From positions 101,434,001-101,498,000 of the forward strand of contig CM052817.1 of NCBI GenBank assembly GCA_028534125.1: a DNA stretch of 64,000 nt, in the 5' to 3' direction. The position numbers and the translations under genes are program-made. A model generated the notes under the pieces. The model did no database searches. It saw only the letters and a program-made list of their open reading frames with translations, and had not been told where the DNA came from. Below, piece after piece: positions 26,612 through 38,874 of the stretch (positions are counted from its first letter, which is position 1; every line of letters begins with the position of its first letter). The stretch is from Lama glama (Eukaryota).

Positions 26612-26805
26612 TCTTATTGAGATATAACTGACATATAACATTGTATAAGTTTAAGGTGTAAACACAATGATTTGATAAATGTATATACTATGAAATGATC
26701 GCCACCGTAAATCTAGTTAACATCTGTCACCGCACAAGGTTATACATTTCTTGTCTTGTGATGAGGACTTAAAAGATCTACTCTCTTGGCAATATTCAAA
26801 AAGAC
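26612..26805 (-). mobile_element. L1 3' end (L1MA9-like)
   Basis: ttattgagatataactgacatataacattgtataagtttaaggtgta..aagatctactctctt. Confidence 0.7.
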
Positions 26806-26944
26806 AATTTAAAAAAGGCATTTACTAAGATAAAACAAATTTACGAGTCTCGCCCTGTGTTTTGGGAACCAGACATAGATTACATCAGGTTAAAATAGCT
26901 AGAAAAAAGAACTGTCACCAGATGAGGGCCTACACTTAAAAAAA

Positions 26945-27812
26945 GTTTTACATTGTGGTAAGTTATACATAATGCCAAATTTACCATTTTAACCATTTTT
27001 TAAAATTGAATTACAATGTGTCAGCCTCTGGTGTACAGAACAATGTCCCAGTCATGCGTATACACACTTATATTCATTTTCATATTTTTTTCAATTAAAG
27101 GTTATTACAAGATATTGAACATAGTTGCCTTATGTGGAATCTAAAAAAAAGGTAAAGGAGATTTTAACCATTTTTAAATGTGGCGTTCTGTACCACTCAG
27201 CACATTCGCATTCTTGTTCACCCATCAGCACTGTCCACTTCCAGAGTTCCTTCATCGTCCCAAACTGAGACTCTCTACCTATTAAACAGTAACATCCCCG
27301 TCCCCCCGTCCACTAGCCCCTGGCAGCCACACCACGCTGCTCTCTGGGTCTATGAGTTGACTGGTGTAGGCACTTCATGTAAGTGAAATCTGAGAGTGTT
27401 CTTTTGTGACTGGCTCACTTGATTTAGCATGATGTACATCCATGTCATAGTGAGTGTCAGAACTGTCTTCCATTTTAAAACAATTTTTTTAAATTGAAGT
27501 ACAGTCAGTTACAATGTGTCTAACTCTGGTGTACAGCACAATGTCCCAGTCATGCATATACACACATATATTCGTTTTCCTATTTTTTCCATTAAAGGTT
27601 ATAATAAGTTCCCTGTGCTATACAAAAGAAACCTTTTTAAAAAATCGACTTTTATATACAGTGGCTAACATTTGTAAATCTCAAACTCCCAGATTTATCC
27701 CCTCCCTCCCGCTTTCCCTAGTAACCATAGGATTGTTTACTAAGTCTGCAAGTCTGGTTCTGTAAAAACAATTTTTAATTTATTTTTTGGTGTTCCATTT
27801 TAAGGCTGAACA
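26945..27812 (-). mobile_element. Old L1MB-like 3' fragment with two nested young L1 3' ends (27001-27160, 27489-27764)
   Basis: TSD ATTTTAACCATTTTT at 26986-27000 and 27161-27175; TSD AAAACAATTTTT at 27477-27488 and 27765-27776. Confidence 0.75.
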
Positions 27813-29761
27813 GACCTATATTTTTTAAGAGGGAGACGTGATGCAAAGGGTCTTCTTTTTCTAAAAAAAAAACAAAGTATATCTTTCCACATCACTTTTT
27901 AAAAACAACTATGGCAGCGAATACATCTTCTAGCATTTATTTGGTTGCCAAAGAGGCTGGGGCTGGACTTCAAGGGCCTCGTTCAAGGGCCTCTTAGTTT
28001 CTGAGGTGGGTCCCTTCCGATCTCACAGACAAGAGACCGAATCCAGACCCTTGTCTCTGTTTGTGGGTGAGACTGAGGCCTGAGTGCACCCTCAGCTCCC
28101 CTGACTTCCTCCTCCCCTCCCTCCCTGACCCCTGACTCCCACGGTGGTTTTCTGGGTAGAACATATGGGGACAGAAATAGGAGGAGGCATGTCTCTGCTC
28201 TTTCAAGTGGAATTCCTGACACAGGAATATCTTTCCTGGATCCAAATTTTGGACACTTTGAGTGTTGAGCTGGGTTCTGGCTTTTAGGTAAAACGAATTA
28301 AAGAAATTCCTAACCTTTCTCCTCTCAGCTCTCACCTTAATTTCAAAAGTCTGCCTTTTACTGAATTTTTACTGAAATAAGACTCTCTTTATCAGCTCTA
28401 AAATGGCTTTGGGGGCAGCTTTTGACCTTATCCCCCCACCCCCAGTGAAAAAGTCCTTTTCCTTGAATTCACTGCAGGGCATCCGCTGTCAGGCAGATGG
28501 GAATGCCACCTTATATTCTGAAAGGACCAGCTGGCCCTGACGGTGTGCCCCCAAACTCAGTGGGCTCTCAAGTCTCTGGTGTTGAACGCAGCACATCGGC
28601 AGCACCAGGACTTGGGAGGAACCCACCGGCCCGTCCAGTCACTCCCTGGACAGGAGCCAAAGGGGATGAGCATTTACAAGAGCAGCGCACAGACCTGACC
28701 TGCGTGGAGATAACGCAAAGGGCCGACATAAGGGAAGTGGGAGACATTAGAATTCTTCTACCTTTGAAGGATTTTTAGATATATGCATGTATACCTGAAA
28801 ATCTATTTAGATAGACTTTTAGAGCCTTGGATAAAATTTTATTTTGAGGGAGTACGTTCATGTCTCTTACAAGTCATCCTGAGCTGTTTTCACCTAAAGT
28901 TATTTTCTGGAAGATTAAAACGAGTGAAGGCCTCTCCTTTCAAGCCAGACAAGAAAGTCAGTTGTCGCCCCCGTCAAGTGAGCTGAGGAGAGGAAACTGT
29001 AGCCCCTGCAGTTCAGTGTCAAGTTAGACCACTGACTGTTCCACTGAATAAAGTGGAAGGAAGGCCTAAGGTCAGGAGTGGAGGGAACCTCTTCCTGAAA
29101 GGGGAAAATTTGGGAATGAAGAAGGCCCGGGAATTCATATCTCTAGACTCAGCTCTCAGGGACATTTCTGCCTGATGTAAAAAATCTTGCCCCACCCACC
29201 CATGCTCACAGGTGTACTGGTCCCCAGCCTTGACTCAGACTCTGCCCAGAGACGGTCAGGGATGTGTCACCAACTACATCCAACCACTCTGCGCCCGTAT
29301 TCAAGTCAGAAGGCTACATTCTAACAGTCTCCATTGCTCCCTTGAAGTGCTTTTGCAGGAAAACTGAGGCTAGTAAAAGCAACTGAGAAAAATAGATGAC
29401 TTGGTATATTTTGGGCGCTGTGTAATAACATTCCTAAATATTCCTAATATGCCTAAAAGTGGCATTATTTGGGAATTGGAAACATATTAGCTCTCATTTT
29501 CTTTCATGGATATTGTGTGTGTGTGTGTGTGCACGTGCTTTAAATATACATAACATAAAATTGACCATTTTGACCATTTTTCAATGTACAGTTCAGTGGC
29601 ATTAAGTACATTTTATGCATATTTTAGAAATCCTTTACTGCTCTGACTGCAGAGGCTTCTTCCTAATTTTGTAGAAGCCATGCTCCACAGGAGTACTGAC
29701 CAACCCTTCATTTCTCAACCTCACTTTAAGAAAGTTATGAGACTTCCATCACTTCTTTTTA

Positions 29762-29907
29762 TCTTTTATTTTATTCAAAAAAAATTTTTTTTAACTTGAA
29801 GTAGAGTCAGTTACAATGTGTCAATTTCTGGTGTGCAGCACAGTGTCTCAGTCACGCACATACATACACATACTTATTTTCATATTCTTTTTCATTAAAG
29901 GTTATTA
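29762..29907 (-). mobile_element. Young L1 3' end, 5'-truncated
   Basis: ttgaagtagagtcagttacaatgtgtcaatttctggtgtgcagc..ggttattac; imperfect TSD cat(c/t)ac(t/a)tctttt. Confidence 0.8.
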
Positions 29908-31012
29908 CATTACATCTTTTTAAAAATAGAGATTCTAAGATGGAGTGGCTGGAAGATTATGTCTTTTTCCCAGTGGTCCCTTGCCCCTCTGTGACCTTTT
30001 ATCTACTAAAGATCACTATTAGATTGATCCTAAACTTACTTTCCCCCAAGCTAGGTGATTTCTGTTTCTTTGTCTATTAATAAACACCTTCGCCCACGCG
30101 TCAGTCACGGTGGTTCTCACCGGCGTTATTCTCTGAACTCTGCCTAAGTTATTTATACTACTAAAGTTTTGCAGTCTGGCAGTAGTGTCTCTCAACTCCA
30201 CTGAAAAGAAACAGAGCAGAAAGTCAAGAAGAATTTACCAGGACAGATTCCTGGACTGGCACCACGAATGTGAGAAGCAGTGACGATTCCAGTGGGGCTG
30301 TCACATCTTGTCCTTTCTCTCCCTGTGTCTTGCTCCCTCTCAGACCACCCCCACCCCTTTCCTCTGCCCCTTCAGCTCTGGTCTTATCTCAAAATTCCAG
30401 TCCAGACTACGAAAAACGCTTCTTTCCTTAGTTCCTTACAGAGGAGACAAGAGGGCAGTGTGGTCCGGGAAGGAAAATGTTAAACTATGCTTTTCCAGGG
30501 CAGACTGGACTTCAGATGTCCTGAGCCGTTATATATCCTATGTCAGGCGTTTGACTGACTTTTTTGTTCAGAAAATATTGGGAACATATTAATTTATTAT
30601 TATTTGAACACTTAATCAAGGCTTAATGGAGAAAAAAGCAGCCAAAGAAGAACAAGCTTGATGTGAAGAGCATCTTGGTGCGATGTGAAGGTGCTAACTG
30701 GCGCTCCTTCCTCCTCCCAGCCAGGTCCTGTAAACACGGATCTTTTGTGAAGGTTTGTTGACAGAATAAATGAAAATGGGTCTGTGACATTCTAGCCTCC
30801 GGTAAGCAGAATAACTCCAAAGTGGGAGAAGAAGCGAGTATGGCAAGTTAGAGTGAGAGGTGCTTTTGGCCTCAGGTGAGGACGTGATTCAAGTGGGAGA
30901 GATAAAGTCCCGAATGAGTATGAAATTTAACCGTATCGTCCTGGCTGTGAGAACCCCAAATGATTTACAGATGGCTCTGCAAAGAAGATATAGCATCAGA
31001 ATCCTAAACCAA

Positions 31013-31148
31013 GGGGGGGAGGGTACAGCTCAAGTGGTAGAGTGCATGCTTGGCATGCATAAGGTCCTGGGTTCGATCCCCAGTACCTCCTCTAAGAATA
31101 AATAAATAAACCTAATTATCTCTCTTCCCCTAAATAAATTTTTTTAAA
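31013..31148 (+). mobile_element. tRNA-Ala-derived SINE (Vic-1-like), long form
   Basis: TSD AGAAT(C/T)CTAAACCAA at 30998-31012 and 31149-31163. Confidence 0.9.
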
Positions 31149-31504
31149 AGAATTCTAAACCAAAGTTAATTAATTATTATTTTAAAAAAAGAAAGGATTA
31201 ATTCGTTAATTCTCTTTTGCTTGCTCCCACGTGCATTTTTCTTGCCTGTCACTCCTCATGGGCACGAACCTAATTGTTCTGCGGGCCCTGGCCCTACACA
31301 GCAACACAGCCATACCCAGAACGCCCCATGAAATGGGGCTAATTCGGAGTCTGTTGGTATTGTAGCTTTGATCATACTTACTTTGTAAATTTCTTTTGAT
31401 TTTATAATAAGTGCATAAGGGTTATATACCCAGTTTTATGTATGTACATTTCAAGATAGCATTCAAATAAAAATTTGTGTTAAGTAAAAAAAAAATGCCC
31501 TTCA

Positions 31505-31588
31505 GTCTTGGGTATATTCAAGTGGTAGAGCACATGCACGAGGCCCTGGGTTCAATCCCCAGTGCCTCCATTAAAAAAATATATATGT
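31505..31588 (+). mobile_element. tRNA-Ala-derived SINE (Vic-1-like), short form with deletion
   Basis: TSD ATGCCCTTCA at 31495-31504 and 31589-31598. Confidence 0.85.
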
Positions 31589-32858
31589 ATGCCCTTCAAA
31601 TAAAGGTTCCAATTCCTCAAAATTGGAAAACCATCAGACTCTCTTGTCATATGTAAATGTCAGTCACAGTCACCAAGTACTTAATTCAGTCCAAGTTTAA
31701 AATGACTTGGTTAAAATACTGTACTGTAAGTCGGAAGGACTGACAGGCACACCTGTGTCTCAGAGAGTCTCCCTGAGCTCGGTGAACATAACTGATGGGA
31801 CGAAGGGGGATCCTTCTGTGCCAGTTCTGGGCAACGTCCTTCTCTCCCCACCATCAGGAAGGGGTTAGCAGATTGGTGTCCCCTGTTCCAGCCCTGCTCT
31901 CGGCCATAGGCAGCCGCTGGAGGTTCTGTAAGGGAAAGGCACAGTGGAAATGTTTTAGAGGATTAAAAAAAAGGGGGGGGGTTAGAAAGTCTATTAGAGA
32001 AATGATGCTCATTCTAGATTTACATGAAGACTCTAGGAGGTGGCATTATTGCTGCTGATCCTGGCGCTCGCTGCCATTTGGGTTAGGTCCGGTGGAGGAC
32101 ACAGGTAGGTGCTGACTTGGTTTTCCTGAGGACACGGCCACCTGGTTCTGATACGTGTGCATGAAATGTCCCAGGTGCTAGGGATGCAAAGACCAGTAAG
32201 ATCACAAAAGTGTGACCAAATCTCCTTGAGGGCAACACAGATGAGAGGGTGAGCAGCTCTGCCTGGGGGGGTCTAGACAAGAGAGGGGCACCAGCTCTCC
32301 CTGAAAACTAGGAGAAGGCACCACCAGGTGGGCAGGACCGGGCCTGACAGCTCTGACCACCTTGTGTGGTCATAAAACCCAGTTTCTCAACCGGGCTCTA
32401 CCACTCTGCTGCTCCTGAGCAAGGCGGGTTGGTGGAGGGGGCGGTGACATCTTTTAGAGTGGCTTCATGCACTACTTGGCATGGGGTGATTGTTGCTATA
32501 ATCATAGCAAAAGCGTGGAATTGGGAAATTCAGTGAGATTTTTAGGAAATGCAATTAGTTCATTCCTGGAACTTGGGGTGACTAGGGGAGGGGTGGGAGT
32601 TAAGAAATTCTGAAGTGTGGCCAGGAGTCAGACAGGAGGGCCTCACAGGCTCTGCTAAGAATTTAGACTTTATTCCATAGGTAATAGGAACCCATTCAAA
32701 GTTTTCAAGCAGGGAAATAATTAAATCTGTGTTTTAGAGGGATCACTGGCAGCAACCTCAAGATGGGCTGGAGTCAGCGGAGGGTCGAGGTCACACCCAT
32801 CTGTCCTTTCGTGTGTGGGGACAAACATTTATGAGAAAATTCAGAGTGGAACTCCTAG

Positions 32859-33282
32859 TATCAAGGGAATAGAAAACAGAAACAGACTCACAGACATAGA
32901 AAACAAACTTCTGGTTACCAAAGCGGGAGGGGAAGGGATAAATTCGGAGTTTGGGATTAGCAGATACAAACTACTATACATAAAATAGATTTAAAAAAAA
33001 TAAGGACCGAGGGAGGGGATAGCTCAATGGTAGAGTGCCTGCCTAGCATGCAAAAGGTCCTGGGTTCAATCCCCAGTACCTCCAGTTAAAAAATAAGTCA
33101 ATAAAAAAATAAGGACCTACTGTACAGCACAGGGAACCATATTCAATAGCTTGTAATACCCTATAATAAAAAAGAATCTGAAAAAGTATATACATATAGA
33201 TGTATAACTGAATCACTAAGCTATACACGAGAAACTAACACAATGCTGTAAATCAACTATCTTTTATTTGAAAAAAAAAAGG
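32859..33282 (+). mobile_element. L1 3' UTR with nested Vic-1-like SINE (33009-33102)
   Basis: aaacagactcacagacatagaaaacaaactt..tgtaaatcaactat then poly(A); SINE TSD AAAAAAATAAGGACC at 32994-33008 and 33103-33117. Confidence 0.85.
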
Positions 33283-34402
33283 GAAACTAGAGTAGAAGGT
33301 TTCTAGTTAATTTGACATTGAGCAAGAAATCAAGAGAAGTCATAGAAGAGAAGCAGGTAGGGGAAGAGAGACTCATTCAATTTTGAATTCTGGGAGTCTG
33401 AGGAGTCTACACATTTCCCAGGGAGAGTCATGGGTGAGCGGTTAGCAAGCAGTCGCCCAGAAGAGAAATCGGGCCGGAGTCACGGTTCTGGGTGTGGGAG
33501 TTGGAACTGTTCCACTGGATGAAAAGCCCTGAACCTTCACCCAGAGAAAGGAGAGAAACTGTGAGCCCGGGAAACAGAGATTTCTTTCCCTATTTTAAAG
33601 TTCACTGCCTTTCTCCCTGTTATAAAAATACCTGAAACCAACAGCAAGACAAGTGAAGTGGAAATGACACCCACATTTTTCCCCAGAAGTCCTTTAACGT
33701 CTGGCCCTGGGACGGATGGGCTGGCACTTTCGAGCTTAGAGGTGCTTCCCTGGGAGCTGAGCGCCGTGGGGGGATTGGGGATCGGGTGACAGGAGCCCTT
33801 CCCTGAAGTCAGCTCCTCACCAGCCTCCAAATGCCTGCACTCGCGACCCCAGCGCATCAGGACCCATGGCTTCCAAAGCCTTTGTGTTGTCCACCATCCG
33901 GAAACATCCAAAGATGTCAGGATGGCGAGCAGTCGCACCCACCAATTCTGGTGGCGACCAAACAAACCCCCCCACCCCCGCAGGATGAACAATTTCTTTT
34001 TATTATATCAATATTCTGTTTTATTTCCATTATATTTTTCATAAACCAAGGGAATCAAGATGTTTCTTTAAAAAGTTAGATGTTCTCTCTCTTATTAACT
34101 CTGTATCATGATATTTACAGTTGAAGAAAAACTGTTTTAATTGAAGAGCAAAATGGTTAACAAAGGCCAATGATGCAGTCCACTTAGAGTTTACAAAGAA
34201 ATGTACAGCAGACAGACATTTAATAAATAAAACAAGCACTTGGAAAAAGTCCTTTGAAAGCAGGTCTAGGGACATCACCTGCTTCCTTGGCACCACCCCA
34301 GCCTAGAACATGACAGTGTGAAAGTCTGTATGTGGTAACTCAGATTGGGGCTGAGCGGATTCTTGGTGCGGAAGATGAGAGAAAGAGTTCGAAGCTGATG
34401 AA

Positions 34403-34770
34403 TGCACAGAGGTCAGATTGGTGGTTGCCAGAGGTAGAGGGGAGTGGTATCAGTGGGCGAAATGAGTGAAGGGGTTCAAATCTACAAACTTCCAGTTATA
34501 AGACACACACGTCCTGAGGATGTAATGTGATGTACAGCATGGTGACTATAGTTAACAATACTGTACTAAACGTTTGAAAATTGCGACGAGAATAGCTCTT
34601 AGAGGTTCTCATCACAAGAAAAAAAGTTGTAACTATGTGACTTGATGGATATTAACTAGCCTTATTGTGGTGATAATTTCCACTGTATACCTATACAAAA
34701 TCATTAGGCAGTGTACCTAAAAGGAATACATTACATGTCAATTATATCTCAATCAAACTGGAAAAAAAGA
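34403..34770 (+). mobile_element. L1 3' end (L1MA9-like)
   Basis: gattggtggttgccagagg..gtacagcatggtgactatagttaacaatactgta..tgtcaattatatctcaat. Confidence 0.8.
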
Positions 34771-35048
34771 AGTTGAAGACAGTAACAACTTAAGCAAAAA
34801 CAGCTATTGAAGGATCACACTTAACAGTAGTTTCATGAATAATAGTATTTCATTCAAATAAATCATGGCAGATAGCACACTGAAGACAACCATAGTAGAG
34901 CTCTGTGGGGATGTGGTCAGGGTGGGCTTCCTGGAGGATGTGGAGCTTGAACTAACCCTTTAGTGATAAAGAGAGTGGCAGAGAGGGAAGAAGGAAATAC
35001 GAGTTATTACAGGCAGGGAGAATAGTTTGGGCAAAAGAACAAGCTTGT

Positions 35049-35145
35049 GGAGGGTGGATATAGCTCAGTGGTGGAGCATGCACCCAGGACCTCCATGAAA
35101 AACAAATAAATAAATATTATAAATAAGTAAATAAATAACTTTTTT
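35049..35145 (+). mobile_element. Internally deleted Vic-1-like SINE
   Basis: tatagctcagtggtggagcatgcacccaggacctcca then A-rich tail; flanking AAAGAACAA repeat. Confidence 0.7.
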
Positions 35146-35339
35146 AAAGAACAACCGTATGTAGAAACTGGAGTGATCATTGAAATTATGCAGTTAATGC
35201 AGATCATTAAAAAAAAACACACGGAAAAATTGAGATTTGTGGCGGAGTGGGATGTTTCATTTTATCACCAGCTCAGGTGATGGTAACTCCACTCCTCAGG
35301 TTGCTTGGAGTCATTCTTGGCTCATTTTTTTTCATTTTC

Positions 35340-35340
<1 letters not shown>

Positions 35341-35416
<76 letters not shown>

Positions 35417-35417
35417 T
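35341..35417. repeat. (TTTC)n tetranucleotide microsatellite at the tail of a minus-strand L1 3' end (35418-35558)
   Basis: Perfect TCTT array directly abutting ttaattgaagtatagtcagttacaatg. Confidence 0.95.
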
Positions 35418-35849
35418 ATTTTAATTGAAGTATAGTCAGTTACAATGTGTCGATTTCTGGTGTACAGCACAATGTCCCAGTCATGCATATGCATACATAT
35501 ATTTGTTTTCATATTCTTTTTCATTTAAGGTTGTTACAAGATATTAAACATATTTCCTTGTTTGACTCTTTTTTTAATCACAGAAAATATTTATTTCGGA
35601 GGATTGCAATTCTATGCATTTTGATAGATAGATAGACAGACCAGACAGCTAGCTAGATAAAGATTTCACGTAACCACAACCACTTTTAGGATACAGAGCA
35701 GCTTCATCATCCCCATAAAAACCTCCCTTCCTGGTCACAAAGTCCCTATCAACCACACCCCTACCCCTAACCCTTTGCAACCAGTCATCTCTTATCTATC
35801 ACTATAATTGTTTCTTTTTGAGAAAGATTTGACTCTTTTTTTTTTTTAA

Positions 35850-36365
35850 ATTCACATCCCACATCCAATCTATGTCAGGAAATCCTGTTGACTCTACTTT
35901 TAAAACAGATTTGAAATCTGACTACCTCCGCGCCCTCTCCTGCTAATACCGTCTCCACGTCGCTGTAATCTCTAGACTAGATTTTCACATTAGCCCCCTA
36001 TCCTGGTTTGTTCCATCCTTGCCTTTGGACAGTCTACTCTCAAGACCAGAGAGGGAGCCCTTGAGATGTATGTCAGATGAGATCTCTCTGTTTAAAACCC
36101 TTCCTGATGCCCCATGTTTTGCAAAGCAAAAGTACATTTCAAAGCTTTGACAGTGGCCCCCGAGACACCACTCATTCTGCCCTCTGATCTCATCTTCCAA
36201 ACTCTCCCTCTCTCCTGACTCTGGCCACCTTGGCCTCCTGCAGGGACACTCCTGCCACAGGGCCTGGGCTGTCCTCTGCCCGGGGCGCTCATTCCCCGGG
36301 TAGCTGCAAAGTTAAGTCCTGCTCAACTGTCATCTTAATGAAGCTTACCTCCTCCTTCCCCTTGA
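35850..36365 (+). mobile_element. L2 LINE fragment
   Basis: cccacatccaatctatgtcaggaaatcctgttgactctac..tctgtttaaaacccttc..cctgccacagggcct. Confidence 0.65.
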
Positions 36366-38690
36366 AAACTGTATCTCTTCCTGTCTGCCACCTCCTCCTC
36401 AAGGCCGTACAGAAGAAATGTCTCCAGCCCCCTTAAAAAAATGTTTTTTAATTGAAGTGTAGTTGATTTACAATGTTAGTTTCAAGTGTATCTCCTGCCC
36501 TTTTCCAGGTGGTTCTTATATTCTCATCTCACAACCAACTAGAGCAGACCTCCTTCCTTCCAGAGCATTCCAAGATTCTCAGGGGCGACCCAGGTCAATG
36601 GATCCAAAGAGCTTATAGTCAGTGGCTTTTGCAGCAAAATGCTGACCATGATATCTGCTGTAACAGAATACACAGAAATAAAGATAGGAGAACATTTCTC
36701 AAGAGGGACTTTTAACATACTTATGTCTTGATACTTAAGAAGCCACTTTTGCTGCTATAGCATTTAAATCTAGTTTTCTAGACGTTGTTCGTCGTTTGGC
36801 TTTTCAGGAAATGAAAACATCTATTATACTTGGACTGAACTGAATTATTCTTTCCTACTACAGCCTTATGTATTGCCTTTCCCAAACAGACATAACCACA
36901 CCTTTTTAAAATGGTGTAATAAGGTTAGAGTTCCTTTATTTTGAGAATACAGCCTCCTCCTTCCAACTTTATTGTTTTCATATCTTAAAGGTTTTAGGTT
37001 AGCAAGATCAAACCAACCAACCTGGAAATGGACAAGAAAATCTTGAATCTCAGAGAAGAAAGGACCCCTAGGGAGGAGCAGCACTGGGTCTGAGCCCGAG
37101 GGGAGAGATTCAGGATGTACTGCAGCCCAACTCCTCCGTCTTGCAGTTAAAGAACCGGAGGCCCTGACAGCACAAGTGGAAGTCACTCAGCTGGCTGACC
37201 CGAGCTGGTCCCCGGACCCAGGCCTCCCGGAGGCTAGTGGAGCAATGTCTTCTTTATGCCAGACCAACCTGAAAATAAACTGCGGTGATTATTCAGTTAG
37301 CCACATTTTATTTATTAGTTAGCACCGGCTGGTTCACTTGGGGAAAACCAGGCCATGCTACCATTACACCACCATTCTTCCATATATGATGAGATTTAAT
37401 GTGAAAATACGCGGAACCCTCTTCTATAAAGTTTGAGGAGCCTGTCTGGCAGTTTGCCCTCTTGCATTAATCCGTTTGTCAGAAAGTATTTAGTCCCTGC
37501 TCCTATGTGTGCATATGCGGCTCTTTCTTAGGATCTAATGAGAAAGAGTTGGATCAAAGAAGAGTGGGAGGGGCTAATGTTCCAGAGTGATGAAGCAACG
37601 GAGACCTTGTCTCGTGAAATTGTTGGGTGGAACCGTATTGCCGTGGTAACCAAGCTGGGGCTCCGGGCTTCCGAGGAGATTCAACCAACCTCCCTGCTTA
37701 TCCTCAAGATGTTCCCAATGCCAGGTGTCAAGGGACACTTACTGTCTCTTTTCCCAGCTCCCACTCGTCAGTCCTCAAAAGTCACAAAAATAAAGAGAAG
37801 TTTTAGTGATAGTTGTTCGCTAATCTATACAATTACTCCGAATAAGGAGTAAATTGACAGCAGCTCAGGTTATCCACAAGGAAACGCATAGGACTGAAAA
37901 TAGATGTTTCCTCTGTACATTGCCATCCGCGCCAGGAGTTCATTTCCAAAGTAATTGCAGAGATTCTGCAACTGTTTATATACCACTTGAAATCCTAGAC
38001 CTCTCCTCCCAGGAGACCATCACAGTCAGACTGTTTACGTCTCTCATCAGTTGAAAGAGAGGCATTTTATTATCTTAAATGTGCTCTCCCCTCCGTCTTG
38101 CCCTATTTCCTGTTAACCACCTTTCGCCAAGAGATTGGAAGTGACATTAACAATCGAAGGGACTGGGGATCTTCAAAATAAAGTCTATTGTCACTAAGGT
38201 GTAGAGATTTTGTGGGCTGTTGTATGTTTTCAGAAAAAAAACCCCAACATATTCTAGGAATCAACTGTGTGTAGCAAACTTATTCATGCTTATACCAAAT
38301 TAAAGGTGGAAGCATGGCATATTTACTTTACAATTCACTGTCCCAAAGCCTCAGGTATTTGGAATGCAGACTGTGCCCTGTTGGCAGGGATTTGGAATCA
38401 ATTTACAGTGTGATATGATAACACATGTTCTGGATCAGTGGCAGGGGAATGTTTGGAGCTGTAATTCTGTCCGTCTCCCCATTAGCAGGAAGGCTTGCTA
38501 AACTCACAGCTGGAGAATTGCCTGAAAAGAACTAAGCTCTTTGTGCATGTGCGTGTGTGTGTGTGCGTATGTGTTTATAAAGGCAACACAAAATCCAGCG
38601 GCAGGGATAAATGCTAAATTACAGCCATCAAAAATGAAATGGCACTTCCATCGCAAGGATAAACTCGTATCAAGTCAAGATGACTACCTT

Positions 38691-38874
38691 AATCTTACGG
38701 TTACCGGGGGAAAGGGAGTGGGAAGGGAGAAATTTGGGAGTTTGAGACTTGCAAATTTTAGCCACTATATATAAAAATAGATCTAAAAAATAAATTTCTT
38801 CTCTATGGCCCAGGGGAATATATTCAATATCTTGTAATAGCCTTTAATGGAAAAGAATATGAAAACAAAAAATA
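38691..38874 (+). mobile_element. Young L1 3'-UTR piece truncated at both ends
   Basis: ggttaccgggggaaagggagtgggaaggg..gaaaagaatatgaaaacaaaaaa; TSD ATGA(C/T)TACCTT at 38680-38690 and 38875-38885. Confidence 0.75.

Noticed and set aside
32321..32336. CTCF-like CCACCAGGTGGGCAG (also CCATCAGAGGGGCAG near 40118)
   Set aside because: Each has an extra base relative to the core consensus spacing; cannot be supported without a PWM scan or ChIP data.
35237..35524. Repetitive ORFs (SFFL)n and (KKER)n
   Set aside because: Translations of the (TTTC)n microsatellite.
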